Both the position numbers and the translations under genes were made by a program. Source: Candidatus Bathyarchaeota archaeon (GTDB lineage: Archaea > Thermoproteota > Bathyarchaeia > 40CM-2-53-6). From it: a stretch of 64,000 nt of DNA. Shown in pieces: positions 20,789 through 30,637 of this stretch; the first letter of the stretch is position 1; each line of letters starts with the position of its first letter. The notes beneath the pieces were generated by a model that saw only the letters and a program-made list of their open reading frames with translations, was not told the origin of the DNA and did no database searches. The stretch covers positions 96,001 through 160,000 of the forward strand of contig CAVTBR010000003.1 of the NCBI GenBank assembly GCA_963733055.1, in the 5' to 3' direction.

Positions 20789-21298
20789 TCACTTGAGCGG
20801 TGCGAAGTATTTGATGTCGGTGATCGAGCCTTTTCTCTGAGATGGTTCGAGCCAGACGGCTTTCACGCGCATATCTATTCTGACTTCGTCGGGTTTTGCT
20901 CCGCCTATGAGATGGAGGAAACCGGCGTTTGTTGTAGAATCTATTCCGATGACTGCTGGTATAATGGGTGTCTTCACGCGCGTCGTGTCCGCTGTGATGT
21001 AGGAGACAGAGAATGTGTTGACTATGCCCGTATCCGGTAACTTCACCCAAGAGTCGGTTCTCTTGAAGCACCATTCACAGAATACTCGAGGGGGAACTAC
21101 GACGCGTCCACAATGTTCACACCTTGTGCCCAGAATCTCGCCTGCCTTAAGCCCCTTGAGAAATCGGCCTATGGCGATTCCCGTTGCCCATTCGTATTTG
21201 GCTTTAGGCTGATAGGCCACGGTTAGGACTTTTTGGCGTTCAATATCGTCCTCTTTCAGTGCGGTGCCCGAAGGTTCGCTTGGTTGCTGCTTGTTCAA
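20789..21298 (-). CDS. DUF35 Zn-ribbon/OB-fold protein
   Basis: CEHCGRVVVPPRVFCEWC, GSITDIKYF. Confidence 0.9.
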   Translation of the reverse strand: MNKQQPSEPSGTALKEDDIERQKVLTVAYQPKAKYEWATGIAIGRFLKGLKAGEILGTRCEHCGRVVVPPRVFCEWCFKRTDSWVKLPDTGIVNTFSVSYITADTTRVKTPIIPAVIGIDSTTNAGFLHLIGGAKPDEVRIDMRVKAVWLEPSQRKGSITDIKYFAPLK

Positions 21299-21311
21299 GA
21301 TAATCCATTCT

Positions 21312-22479
21312 CTATGAACGCATCACAACTACGGTTCCGATTTGCATCAGGTCGCCCCACGCTTGTGCGACGGCGGTTCTGGGATCCCCAGCAACCTGCC
21401 TCTTTCCTGCTTCCCCGCAAAGTTGCCAAAACAGTTCGCAGATCTTCATTAATCCCGCTGCGGCGATTGGGTTGCCTACTCCGAGTAGACCACCGGATGG
21501 GCAGATGGGGAGATTTCCGTCACGTTCTGTAACTCCCTCAGCCGTAAGTTTCGGCGCCTCACCTTTCCGGCATAGGAGCAATCCCTCCATGTGATGCAAC
21601 TCTTTGTAGTCGAATGGATCGTAAGGTTCCGCGAAGTCAATCTGCTTGCGCAGGGTTGCTGATCCCTGCCATGCTGTAAGCCATGCGTGCGGCGTTTGCG
21701 ACGTATCTCGGGAAGTACAGGTCACGGTTTGTCCAGTAGGTCGTATCGAGGTTCCACCCGACTCCGTCAATCCAAACCGGGGAATCTGTGATTCGTCTCG
21801 CGACATCCTCCGAGGCGAGGATTACTGCGCAGGCTCCGTCGCTGACCGGACTGATGTCTAGCCTTTGGACCGGCCAGGCCAAGACTTCTGAGTCTAGAAT
21901 GTCTTGTAGGGTTACCGCCTTGGCGATTTGGGCTGAGGGGTGGTCGAGCGCATTTCTCTTGTTCTTTACCGCAACTTGCGCGATCTGTTCTTTGGGAATC
22001 TTGTGTCGTTGCATGTATCGTTGCATTTCCAGCGCGAAGATCCATATGAGATTGGGGCCCAAGGGTCGTTCGATCATGTTGTCGAATATTGTTAGGAAAG
22101 CGGTTTGCGGGTGCGGTAAGCAGCTGGACATTTTCTCCTCAGCCACGACCAGGCATGTGTCGTACAGGCCAGATGCAACGTGGAAATAGCCGTGAATCGG
22201 GCTGAAGACACCAGTGCCTCCTCCCACGTAATTTCGGGAGTAAGGCTTGTGCCATGCGCCCGCACCGTCGAGCAGATACTCTCCCTTCATGTGGACGCCA
22301 TCGAACGCGTCGGGTGCGGTGCCCAGCGCTACGGAATCAATATCTTGGATCCGCATATTGCATGAGTCTAATGCTTGCCTTACCGCTTCGAAGGCAAGTT
22401 CCTTCCCCGTTTCCTGTGCTCGACGCATGAATTTGGTCATTCCCGCGCCGACGACTGCCACACGTTTCTTTGCACACAT
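21312..22479 (-). CDS. SCP2-type thiolase-like protein (Ltp3-like); +1 indel near 21651
   Basis: VAVKNKRNA, PVSDGACA, AEPYDPF, SGGLLGVGNPIAAAG; the two ORFs join at GISNP/RKQID. Confidence 0.85.
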
Positions 22480-22485
22480 AATTTT

Positions 22486-23635
22486 TCACACATTACTTAG
22501 TACTACGGCTGCCCCACTAGCGGTCGGGATACCTCTCCAAGCTAGTGCAACTCCTGTTTGGGCACCTTGAACTTGGTGCTTTCCAGCATCTCCTCGCAGT
22601 TGCTTCACGAGTTCGATTACTCGCGTTAATCCGCTCATTTCGAGAGTATGACCCATTCCTATGCTTCCTCCGGATGGGTTGACCGGCAATCCGCCGCCAA
22701 GATCGAAAACGCCTTGCTCGAGCATCTTATGCGCCTTGGTTTTCCCTGTCAAGCCAAGCGCTTCAGCATGTTGGAGTTCTTTGTAAGAGTAAGTGTCGTC
22801 AATCTCTGCAAATTGGATTTGGCGAGCCGGATCATGAATTTTCGCATGTCGGTAAGCTTGCCGAGATGCCAATTCAGCGTAGGTTGCTCTATCCCAGTCG
22901 CGCGTTTCCAAGGTTGGGCTGTCAGATGCCCATCCTGTCCCTTTTATCCAGACTGGGTCCTCGCGCAGGTTCTTTGCCGCATCCTCTGCAGCCAGAACTA
23001 CGACTGCCGCTCCATCCGCGAGGGGCGCCATATCATTCTGGGTGAGGGGGTCTGAAATTGAGGCCTGACTAATACTGCCGGGCGTTGGGTTTGCTAAGTT
23101 CATGCCCAGTTCGTTTGTGAGAGCGTTCTTTCTGTTCTTCTCTACGACTCTCTTGCAATCCTGGGGAGTTGCACCGCTACTGTACAGATATCTGTTCATT
23201 TCTAGCCCGGCGACGAAGTTAGCGTTCAAACCAAGGGGACGAGTGTAGATTGGGTCCAGAGCTAGATCGTAAACCGGAGATATGTCCACCATGTCGGATG
23301 CTTTGCTGTGGGCTTCAACGGCTACTATGTCGAACAATCCAGCAAGTATCTGCATGTACGCCGTAGCCACACTATACATCCCATCTGCCGAGATCGTGCA
23401 GACGGGCTTTAGGGCACCGCCGATTTGGTCGGGAACGTATTCATCAAAGATACTGGTGCCTTCGTAGAAGTCTTCAGACGAGCAGACGAAGCTTTCGACG
23501 TCGCAGACGTGGATCTACGCCGGCGTCAGCATATGCCGTGACTGCCGCTTCGAAAGTAAGTTCTTTGTAGGAAAGTTCTGGGGTCGTCGGCCTCAGCTTA
23601 GTAAGCCCGACGCCGACTATGCCTACCCGTTTCAG
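22486..23635 (-). CDS. Thiolase-like protein (Ltp4-like partner); CTG start, +1 indel near 23505
   Basis: KRVGIVGVGLT...AYADAGVDPR/DVESFV...EIDDTYSYKEL, NPSGGSIGMGH. Confidence 0.82.
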
Positions 23636-23796
23636 AAGGCAACCTCTCCGTTCCAGCAGACATTTGACCTGTAATTTAAGCTGATGCAAAAACTGCGTGG
23701 AATTTACGCCCTCTCGGTAATGGTTTGCAATAGCTTCAATTATTGCCAACCGCTCCATCGAGTTCAACAATAGAGTTTGCGGTAGATGTCACGCTA

Positions 23797-24969
23797 ATGG
23801 CAAAACCAATCGCCAGCATAGTCTCAGCGGGGATTTCGAAATTTGGTGTCCGCGATGGCCTATACACCCGGGAACTCTTCGCCGAGGCGGCGAAGGACGC
23901 GTTCGATCAATGTCCTAATCTGGACCCTAGAAGAGACGTCAAGGCCCTATTCGTGGGGATGATGAGTGACTCCTACGAACACCAGGCTCACGTGGCGCCT
24001 CTATTCTTGGATTGGATTGGGCTCACGCCAATTCCTGCCTTTCGATCAGAAGCTGCTTGTGCTTCATCTAGCGTGGCTATGCGTAGCGCTTTGTTGGCCA
24101 TAGCATCCGGGATGTATGATGTCGTATTGGTTGGCGGGGTGGAAAAGATGACTCACGTAAGCACGACTGGTGTCACCGAGATTCTCGCTATGGCATCCGA
24201 CTTTCCTTTTGAACAGTGGCATGGCATATCCTTTCCCGGAATCTTTGGTATGATGGCCGTGGACCACATGCATCGTTACGGAACAACCGAGGAACAAATG
24301 GCGAAGGTCGCCGTTAAGAATCATGATCACGGCGTCCTAAATCCCAAAGCGCATTTCCAAAAGCGCATTACTGTGGATGAGGTTCTTACCTCTCGTCCGG
24401 TCGCATGGCCTCTGAAGTTGTACGACTGCTGCCCAAGGTCAGATGGCGCCAGCTGCCTCGTGATGACATCCCCGGAAGTAGCAAGGCGATTCACGGACAC
24501 CCCCGTAAATGTAATCGGCTCGGGACAAGCCCAAGATACGCTGAGTCTTTTCGACCGAGAGAACTTTAGCAGCATGAAAGTAACACGAATTGCAGCAGAG
24601 CAAGCGTACAAGAGGGCGGGTGTGGGCCCCGCGGACATTGATGTCGCTGAGTTGCATGACTGTTTTACAATCGCCGAAATAATTGCCTACGAGGACTTGG
24701 GATTCTGCGAGCAAGGCAAGGGTGGGAACCTGATAGATGAAGGTGTAACTCATCTTGGTGGAAAGTTACCCACCAACACGAGTGGCGGGCTCAAAGCCAA
24801 AGGCCACCCGGTTGGCGCTACAGGCACCGCTCAAGCGTGTGAGATCTACCTCCAACTTACGAACCAAGCCGGCAAAAGACAAGTGGCTGGAGCAGAAGTG
24901 GGTTTAACAGAGAATGTTGGCGGTTCAGCCTCGACTGGTGTCGTACAAGTCTATAGGCGGGGAGATTAG
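23797..24969 (+). CDS. Archaeal SCP2-type thiolase (acetyl-CoA acetyltransferase)
   Basis: EAACASS catalytic Cys, ELHDCF, GHPVGATG. Confidence 0.92.
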   Translation: MAKPIASIVSAGISKFGVRDGLYTRELFAEAAKDAFDQCPNLDPRRDVKALFVGMMSDSYEHQAHVAPLFLDWIGLTPIPAFRSEAACASSSVAMRSALLAIASGMYDVVLVGGVEKMTHVSTTGVTEILAMASDFPFEQWHGISFPGIFGMMAVDHMHRYGTTEEQMAKVAVKNHDHGVLNPKAHFQKRITVDEVLTSRPVAWPLKLYDCCPRSDGASCLVMTSPEVARRFTDTPVNVIGSGQAQDTLSLFDRENFSSMKVTRIAAEQAYKRAGVGPADIDVAELHDCFTIAEIIAYEDLGFCEQGKGGNLIDEGVTHLGGKLPTNTSGGLKAKGHPVGATGTAQACEIYLQLTNQAGKRQVAGAEVGLTENVGGSASTGVVQVYRRGD

Positions 24970-25425
24970 GTGGCGTCGTCGATGGCTGAATCTAGAACAG
25001 ATAAAGGTTCATTTATTCGTGATGAAGGCGGCATTATTCTTCCACTCATCGAGAACTTCTATCGATTCTGCGGCCAACGAAAACTGATGGGCATAAGATG
25101 TAGCAAGTGCGACGCCGTTATGTGGCCGCCAAGAGCCATGTGCCGCAACTGCTTAGGAGACAAGTTCGAATGGGTTGAGTTTCAAGGCAAAGGCGACTTG
25201 ATGACCTACACGATCATTCATTTTCCACCAACCCAGTTCCAAGCATTGGCTCCCTACGCAGTAGGAATCGTAAAACTCACAGAAGGGCCGCAATTACCGG
25301 GCATGATTAGATACGTTAAGCTCGAAGACTTGAGGATTGGTTTGAAGCTGCAAGTGGACTTCGAAAGCACTACACCTAAGGAATGGCCGCGATGGCCCCG
25401 CTATTTCTTCAAAGCGTTAAACTGA
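24970..25425 (+). CDS. DUF35 Zn-ribbon/OB-fold protein
   Basis: CSKC..WPPR.MCRNC, APYAVGIVKL.EG. Confidence 0.9.
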   Translation: MASSMAESRTDKGSFIRDEGGIILPLIENFYRFCGQRKLMGIRCSKCDAVMWPPRAMCRNCLGDKFEWVEFQGKGDLMTYTIIHFPPTQFQALAPYAVGIVKLTEGPQLPGMIRYVKLEDLRIGLKLQVDFESTTPKEWPRWPRYFFKALN

Positions 25426-25536
25426 CCTAGAACCTATTCACCTGAAAACGCGTTATTCCTATAGGAATCAATCAGGCCTCAGAATATTAATATGGGAATA
25501 GGGCTGACGGGCCTAAAACTCGTCGGGTTACACAAC

Positions 25537-26487
25537 ATGGTGGAAGTGCATCTAGCAGGCGTTTTTCCGCGCTCGGAGAAACTCATTGGCGCAACCCGGG
25601 CCGCTGTGCGCGGAAACCTGCCCCAAGCCGAGGTCGATAAGGTTCTCAATCACGACATCAACGCACTCGTTCAGTTACAGCAAGATTCCCGTCTAGACTC
25701 CATCGTTGATGGACAGCTAAACTGGCAGGACTTGTTCAGACCGTTCAATCAGCTCCTAACCGGCCTTGACCTCGGAAGTCTGACACGATGGTACGACAAT
25801 AACAGCTTCTACCGAAAACCAATAATCGTCGACAAAGTCGTGGTCAGGAGCAATGAACTACAGCAATACTTCCGTAACGACCTCTTGAGCAACGTCTCCC
25901 ATAAGAAAGCCATCCTTCCTGGTCCATTCACGTTCGCTCACTTGTCGGAGAACAGAGCCTACTCATCGCTCGCAGACTTGGTAACAGAACTAGGCCGTGC
26001 TTTGGGAGCAATTGTTACAGGCCTCCAAGAGAAAGGGTATGAGTACTTCCAGTTTAACGAACCCTCTATTTGCGCCCCAGGCAGAACAAAGGCGGAATTA
26101 GAATTCACTAAACACGCATACGAGGCTTGTGCGCGTGGGATCGGTGGGAAGAGTATCATACAGACCTATTTTGGTGACGCGAGCCAAGTAATCCCAACCC
26201 TCCTCGACTATCCTGTAGATGCAATTGGAATAGACTTCTATGCGACTTCCATAGACAGTTTGAAGGAACACGATTTCAACAAAGTACTGGGGTGCGGATG
26301 TGTTGACGGGAGAAACTCTCTTCTCGAATCACCAAAAGAGCTCATAGCGTTTGTTTCGCGCGCAAGGGAGAGCTTGGAACCTGCCGATATTTATCTTACA
26401 CCAAACTGCGATTTGGATTTCCTGCCTGAGACCGTGGCAGAAAAGAAAGTGCGGCTTCTAGGAGAAACAAAAAGGCTGGTGGCTTGA
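25537..26487 (+). CDS. Cobalamin-independent methionine synthase, N-half-like subunit (lacks the HxC Zn motif)
   Basis: DGQLNWQD, RWYDNN.FYRKP, LPGPFTF, QTYFG, VDGRN. Confidence 0.8.
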   Translation: MVEVHLAGVFPRSEKLIGATRAAVRGNLPQAEVDKVLNHDINALVQLQQDSRLDSIVDGQLNWQDLFRPFNQLLTGLDLGSLTRWYDNNSFYRKPIIVDKVVVRSNELQQYFRNDLLSNVSHKKAILPGPFTFAHLSENRAYSSLADLVTELGRALGAIVTGLQEKGYEYFQFNEPSICAPGRTKAELEFTKHAYEACARGIGGKSIIQTYFGDASQVIPTLLDYPVDAIGIDFYATSIDSLKEHDFNKVLGCGCVDGRNSLLESPKELIAFVSRARESLEPADIYLTPNCDLDFLPETVAEKKVRLLGETKRLVA

Positions 26488-26491
26488 CGAG

Positions 26492-27622
26492 ATGGGTGGC
26501 AAATTATTCCCGGTGGAGGAGATTGGCAGCCTACCTAAGGCGCCTTGGCTGCTGAACTATCTTCGAAATACGGATGTAGGACCATCAGGATTCGAACACC
26601 TCTCCAAATGGTCGAAAATTTCAGGGTTTGAGAACGAGGCAGAAACCCGAGCCATTTTGACGAAACCGAAGGATACTGCAAAGCAGGCACGCCTTCGGGA
26701 ACTCGCGTCAATATTCACGTTGCGTTACCTAGAGTCCGCCGGATTGGACTACGTATACGATGGGGAAGAGAACCGTATAGAGATGTACGAGCATCCTGTG
26801 AGGAATTCGGCTGGGTTTGAGTTCTATGGACATGTAAGATCATTCGACAGTAGGTACTATCGCAAAGCAGCCTGTGTCTCCAAAGTTGCCTTTCGGCAAG
26901 CTTACCATCTTGATGAATTCGTACTTGTCAAACAACATGCGAAACGGCGAGTTAAGGTACCCATTACGGGGCCCTACACAATCGCAGAGTGGTCGTTCAA
27001 CGAGTATTATCAAAAGAGCCGGGCGGCGGAATATAATGATTTGAGAAAGCTGAAGTTTGAAGCGAAAAAGGATTTCGTCCTCGATGTTGCCAAACAGATT
27101 ATTCAACCCAACCTCAAAGCGCTCGTTGATGCCGGCGCGGAGTGGATTCAGGTGGATGAACCGGCATTAACCACTAAGCCCGACGAAATACAATTCTTCG
27201 TTGATGCCTACAACGAGTGCACAGCGGGAATCGAATGTAAATTAAGCCTCCACATCTGCTTCAGTGATTACCGACTTCTCTACCCATACATTCTAGACCT
27301 CAAGAACTGCAGCCAATTAGCACTCGAATTCGCAAACCGTGACGACGAGAAGAGGTCAGCGTATGACCAGTTGAACTTACTGAATGAGTTTGGTGATAAT
27401 AGAGAGGTTGGCCTAGGAGTCGCAGACGTGCACGTAGATGACGTCGAAAGCCCAGAACTCATCAGGAGTAGGATAGAATACGCTTCCAAAATCCTTGGTG
27501 ACCCTCAGAGAATTTACGTTAACCCTGACTGTGGACTCCGTACACGCTCATGGGATGTGGCTTACGCAAAACTGACTAACATCGTGAAAGGTGCCGAGCT
27601 GGCCAGACAGTCAATCTCCTAG
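26492..27622 (+). CDS. metE: Cobalamin-independent methionine synthase catalytic (C-half) subunit
   Basis: EIGSLPK, ITGPYTI, IQVDEPA, and Zn ligands in HICF, LEFANR and NPDCGL. Confidence 0.9.
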   Translation: MGGKLFPVEEIGSLPKAPWLLNYLRNTDVGPSGFEHLSKWSKISGFENEAETRAILTKPKDTAKQARLRELASIFTLRYLESAGLDYVYDGEENRIEMYEHPVRNSAGFEFYGHVRSFDSRYYRKAACVSKVAFRQAYHLDEFVLVKQHAKRRVKVPITGPYTIAEWSFNEYYQKSRAAEYNDLRKLKFEAKKDFVLDVAKQIIQPNLKALVDAGAEWIQVDEPALTTKPDEIQFFVDAYNECTAGIECKLSLHICFSDYRLLYPYILDLKNCSQLALEFANRDDEKRSAYDQLNLLNEFGDNREVGLGVADVHVDDVESPELIRSRIEYASKILGDPQRIYVNPDCGLRTRSWDVAYAKLTNIVKGAELARQSIS

Positions 27623-27639
27623 GAAAGCAAGAGCCGCCG

Positions 27640-28503
27640 ATGAGAATTACCGAAATCATCAAACGCGGCAACCCCGTATTCTCGCTTGAATTCTTCCCCC
27701 CAAAAACCCAGGAGGAAATGACTCAACTCTATATCACGCTCCGTGACATCAAGAACTTACACCCAGGATACATCTCCGTGACTTATGGTGCTGGCGGCGG
27801 AACGAGGGATAAGACGGTTGAGATTGTAACTAGAGCAAAACGGGAGATCGGCCTTGAAAGCATGGCTCACCTCACATGTGTCGGCCACTCAAAAGCGCAA
27901 GTCAAGGGGATACTCGATGAACTTGTTCAATCAGGAATCGAAAACGTAGCGGCCCTGCGCGGAGATCCACCAAGGGGCGCAGAGAAATTTAGTCCCCATC
28001 CAGAAGGATTTCAGTACGCAAGCGAACTAACAGCGTTCATTCGAAAGTCATATCCATTATGCATAGCGGTCGCCGGCTACCCAGAAGGACACATTGAATC
28101 GCCAGACAAAGAAACAGACTGGGGCCATCTCGAAGAAAAAGTTAGGGCGGGAGCCGATCTCATAATAACTCAACTGTTCTTCACTAACCAACTTTTCTTC
28201 AACTTCGAGAAGAGAATGCGCGAAAGAGGTGTCCTCATACCTATCATTCCAGGAATCATGCCTATAACAAACTACCAACAGATCTTGCGCTTCACGAAGA
28301 TTTGCGGCGCATCCATCCCCGAACAAGTAGCTCGAGATCTTGAACCGATTCAAGGCGACCATGAGGCAGTTCAGGGATACGGAATCGAGTATGCCGCACG
28401 ACAATGCCGGGAGCTCTTAGATCATGGCGTGCCTGGAATACACCTGTACACGTTGAATAGATCCAGAGCAACCCGCGAAATCATCAGGAGGTTAAGAGGA
28501 TAG
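27640..28503 (+). CDS. metF: 5,10-methylenetetrahydrofolate reductase (bacterial type)
   Basis: SLEFFPPKT, SVTYGAGG, AHLTC, ALRGDPP, AGYPEGH, ITQLFF, HLYTLNR. Confidence 0.95.
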   Translation: MRITEIIKRGNPVFSLEFFPPKTQEEMTQLYITLRDIKNLHPGYISVTYGAGGGTRDKTVEIVTRAKREIGLESMAHLTCVGHSKAQVKGILDELVQSGIENVAALRGDPPRGAEKFSPHPEGFQYASELTAFIRKSYPLCIAVAGYPEGHIESPDKETDWGHLEEKVRAGADLIITQLFFTNQLFFNFEKRMRERGVLIPIIPGIMPITNYQQILRFTKICGASIPEQVARDLEPIQGDHEAVQGYGIEYAARQCRELLDHGVPGIHLYTLNRSRATREIIRRLRG

Positions 28504-28544
28504 CCTTATCGACTCACCTTCGGCATTGCCCCTTCAGCAGGGCC

Positions 28545-29060
28545 TCATTCAATTGTAATCAAGATCGCGTCTTTCTTTACCGTCGCACCTTCATGAACCG
28601 ATATCGATTTCACTTTTCCAGCGATCGGCGACCCAATCTCGTTCTGCATCTTCATCGCTTCAAGAATAAGCAAGGGTGTGCCTTCTTTCACCGGTTCTTC
28701 TTCCTTGACTAGTACGCTTGTGATGCGCCCGGGCATGAGTGCTCGAACCTCCCCACCCATCGCTCTCTGCCTGTGAATTTCCGGCGAAAATGAATATCCA
28801 CCGGTGCCAACTGCCTGCACAGTCGCCGGGAATGGCATACCTGTAAGGTACACATCCATTCGATCGTTTGGCAAGGGTATAGTTTCAGCTCGGACGGTTT
28901 CATCGGCATAACGTACGAGCCACGTTGTAATCTCACCAGTCGAAACAGTTTCCATTTCAAAAATTGTGCCACCCACCTCTGCGCGATACGTGTCTTTGCC
29001 GATGTGGTCCACTGAGACACTGTAGAGGGACCCGTTGACTTCAACTCTGAAGGTACGCAT
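28545..29060 (-). CDS. accB: Biotin carboxyl carrier protein
   Basis: LEAMKMQNEI biotinylation motif. Confidence 0.93.
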   Translation of the reverse strand: MRTFRVEVNGSLYSVSVDHIGKDTYRAEVGGTIFEMETVSTGEITTWLVRYADETVRAETIPLPNDRMDVYLTGMPFPATVQAVGTGGYSFSPEIHRQRAMGGEVRALMPGRITSVLVKEEEPVKEGTPLLILEAMKMQNEIGSPIAGKVKSISVHEGATVKKDAILITIE

Positions 29061-29061
29061 C

Positions 29062-30571
29062 TTACCGACCGCCTCCGTGAGGCCCTTCCATGTGCTGGGT
29101 TCTCGCTGCCGTTCTCCATCTCGACGGTTTGGCCGTGCTCACGTCATGTCTTTTCGAGGGAGTCCTTCCCTTTCCAACCGCGGCCACGGCTGCCGCGAAT
29201 TTCTCATATTGTAGAATGGTTGAGTTCAGACGCGGCAAGAACTGTGTTCAGATAAGTTGTGTCGAAGTCCCCGCGTACGAATCTTTCGTCACGCATCAAT
29301 TCCCTGTGCAGAGGGATGGTGGTTGGAAGACCAATAATCTCTGTTTCGTCCAATGCAACTTTCATTCTCTTAATCGCGTCGGACCTGTTTACGCCCCAGG
29401 TTGCTAGTTTAGCAATTAGGGAGTCATAGTACTCTGGGACGATGCAACCGGAAAAGAGAGCGGAGTCTATGCGGACGCCGGGTCCGGTCGGAGGGTGAAA
29501 GCGGATGACCGTTCCAGGAGAGGGGACGAAATTCGCTCGAGGATCTTCTGCGTTTATACGGCAGTTTATGGCCCAACCGTTTATTCGGACCTCGTTCTGT
29601 GATAGCTCCAACGAGTCGTTTGAGGCGACTTTCAGCTGTTCCTCTACGATGTCGATTCGCGTGGTGAGTTCGGATACAAGGTGTTCGACTTGAAGCCGTT
29701 TGTTTACTTCTAGGAAGTAGAACCTTCCAGTCTTTTCAAGGAGAAACTCGACAGTTCCGGCATTTGTGTAACCCGCCGCTTTCAGACCCTTCGCGGCTGC
29801 ATCGTTCAACTTATCGCGCTGACCCGCATCTAAAGCAACGGATGGGGCTTCTTCCAAAAGTTTCTGATGCCTACGTTGAATGCTGCATTCACGCTCTCCG
29901 AGACTAACTACTTTCCCATGTCGGTCAGCAATGGCCTGAATCTCCACATGCCGAGGACTTTCCAGTCGTTTCTCGAGATATATTTCCTTCCTGCCGAAGG
30001 CCGACATTGATTCCAATGCGGTAATGCGAAAGAATCTACGGACCTCGTCGGAGTTGTCTGCCACACGCATCCCTCGCCCTCCGCCGCCGTATACTGCCTT
30101 CAGGATCACTGGGTACCCTGTTTTTTCGGCAACCTCCACGGCCTCATTCTCATCTGCCAGCGCTCCGTCAGATCCCGGGATGACCGGAACACCACAATCT
30201 TTCATGCTTGCTCGCGCTTGCAACTTGTTGCCGAGCTTTTCAAGCGCGGCTCTACTTGGTCCGATGAACGCAAGGCCGTTCTCGTCGCAGGCTTTCACGA
30301 AATTCGACTCTTCAGACAAGAAGCCGTATCCTGGGTGAACTGCGTCGCAATTGGTTTCCTTGGCGGCTTTGACAAGCTTGGGAATGTTGAGGTAGGTTTC
30401 GGTGGGTGTCGAACCCGAAAGGGGATAGCGCTCGTCAGCGTATCGCAACGGTAGTGATTCTCGGTCAGCCTCCGAGTAGACGATGACCGTACGTACGCCG
30501 AGCTTACGGCACGTCCTGATAATCCGGAGTGCGATTTCGCCTCTATTGGCGATGAAAAGTTTCATTTTCAA
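29062..30571 (-). CDS. accC: Biotin carboxylase subunit; +1 indel near 29236, true C-tail ...AAAVAA...SRWRTAAR ends at 29062
   Basis: ANRGEIA, HPGYGFLSE, GGGGRGM, RECSIQRRHQK, EVNKRLQVEH, YYDSLIAK. Confidence 0.9.
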
Positions 30572-30637
30572 AGGGAATCGACCAATTCCTTGTGGTAGCG
30601 GATTGAAACACCGTATCGGCGGCAATGGAGGTGTAGG

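Noticed and set aside
21645-23510. Frameshifts in the two thiolase-like genes (~21651, ~23505) as further introns
   Set aside because: Homology leaves room for only one extra base and no BHB can be drawn.
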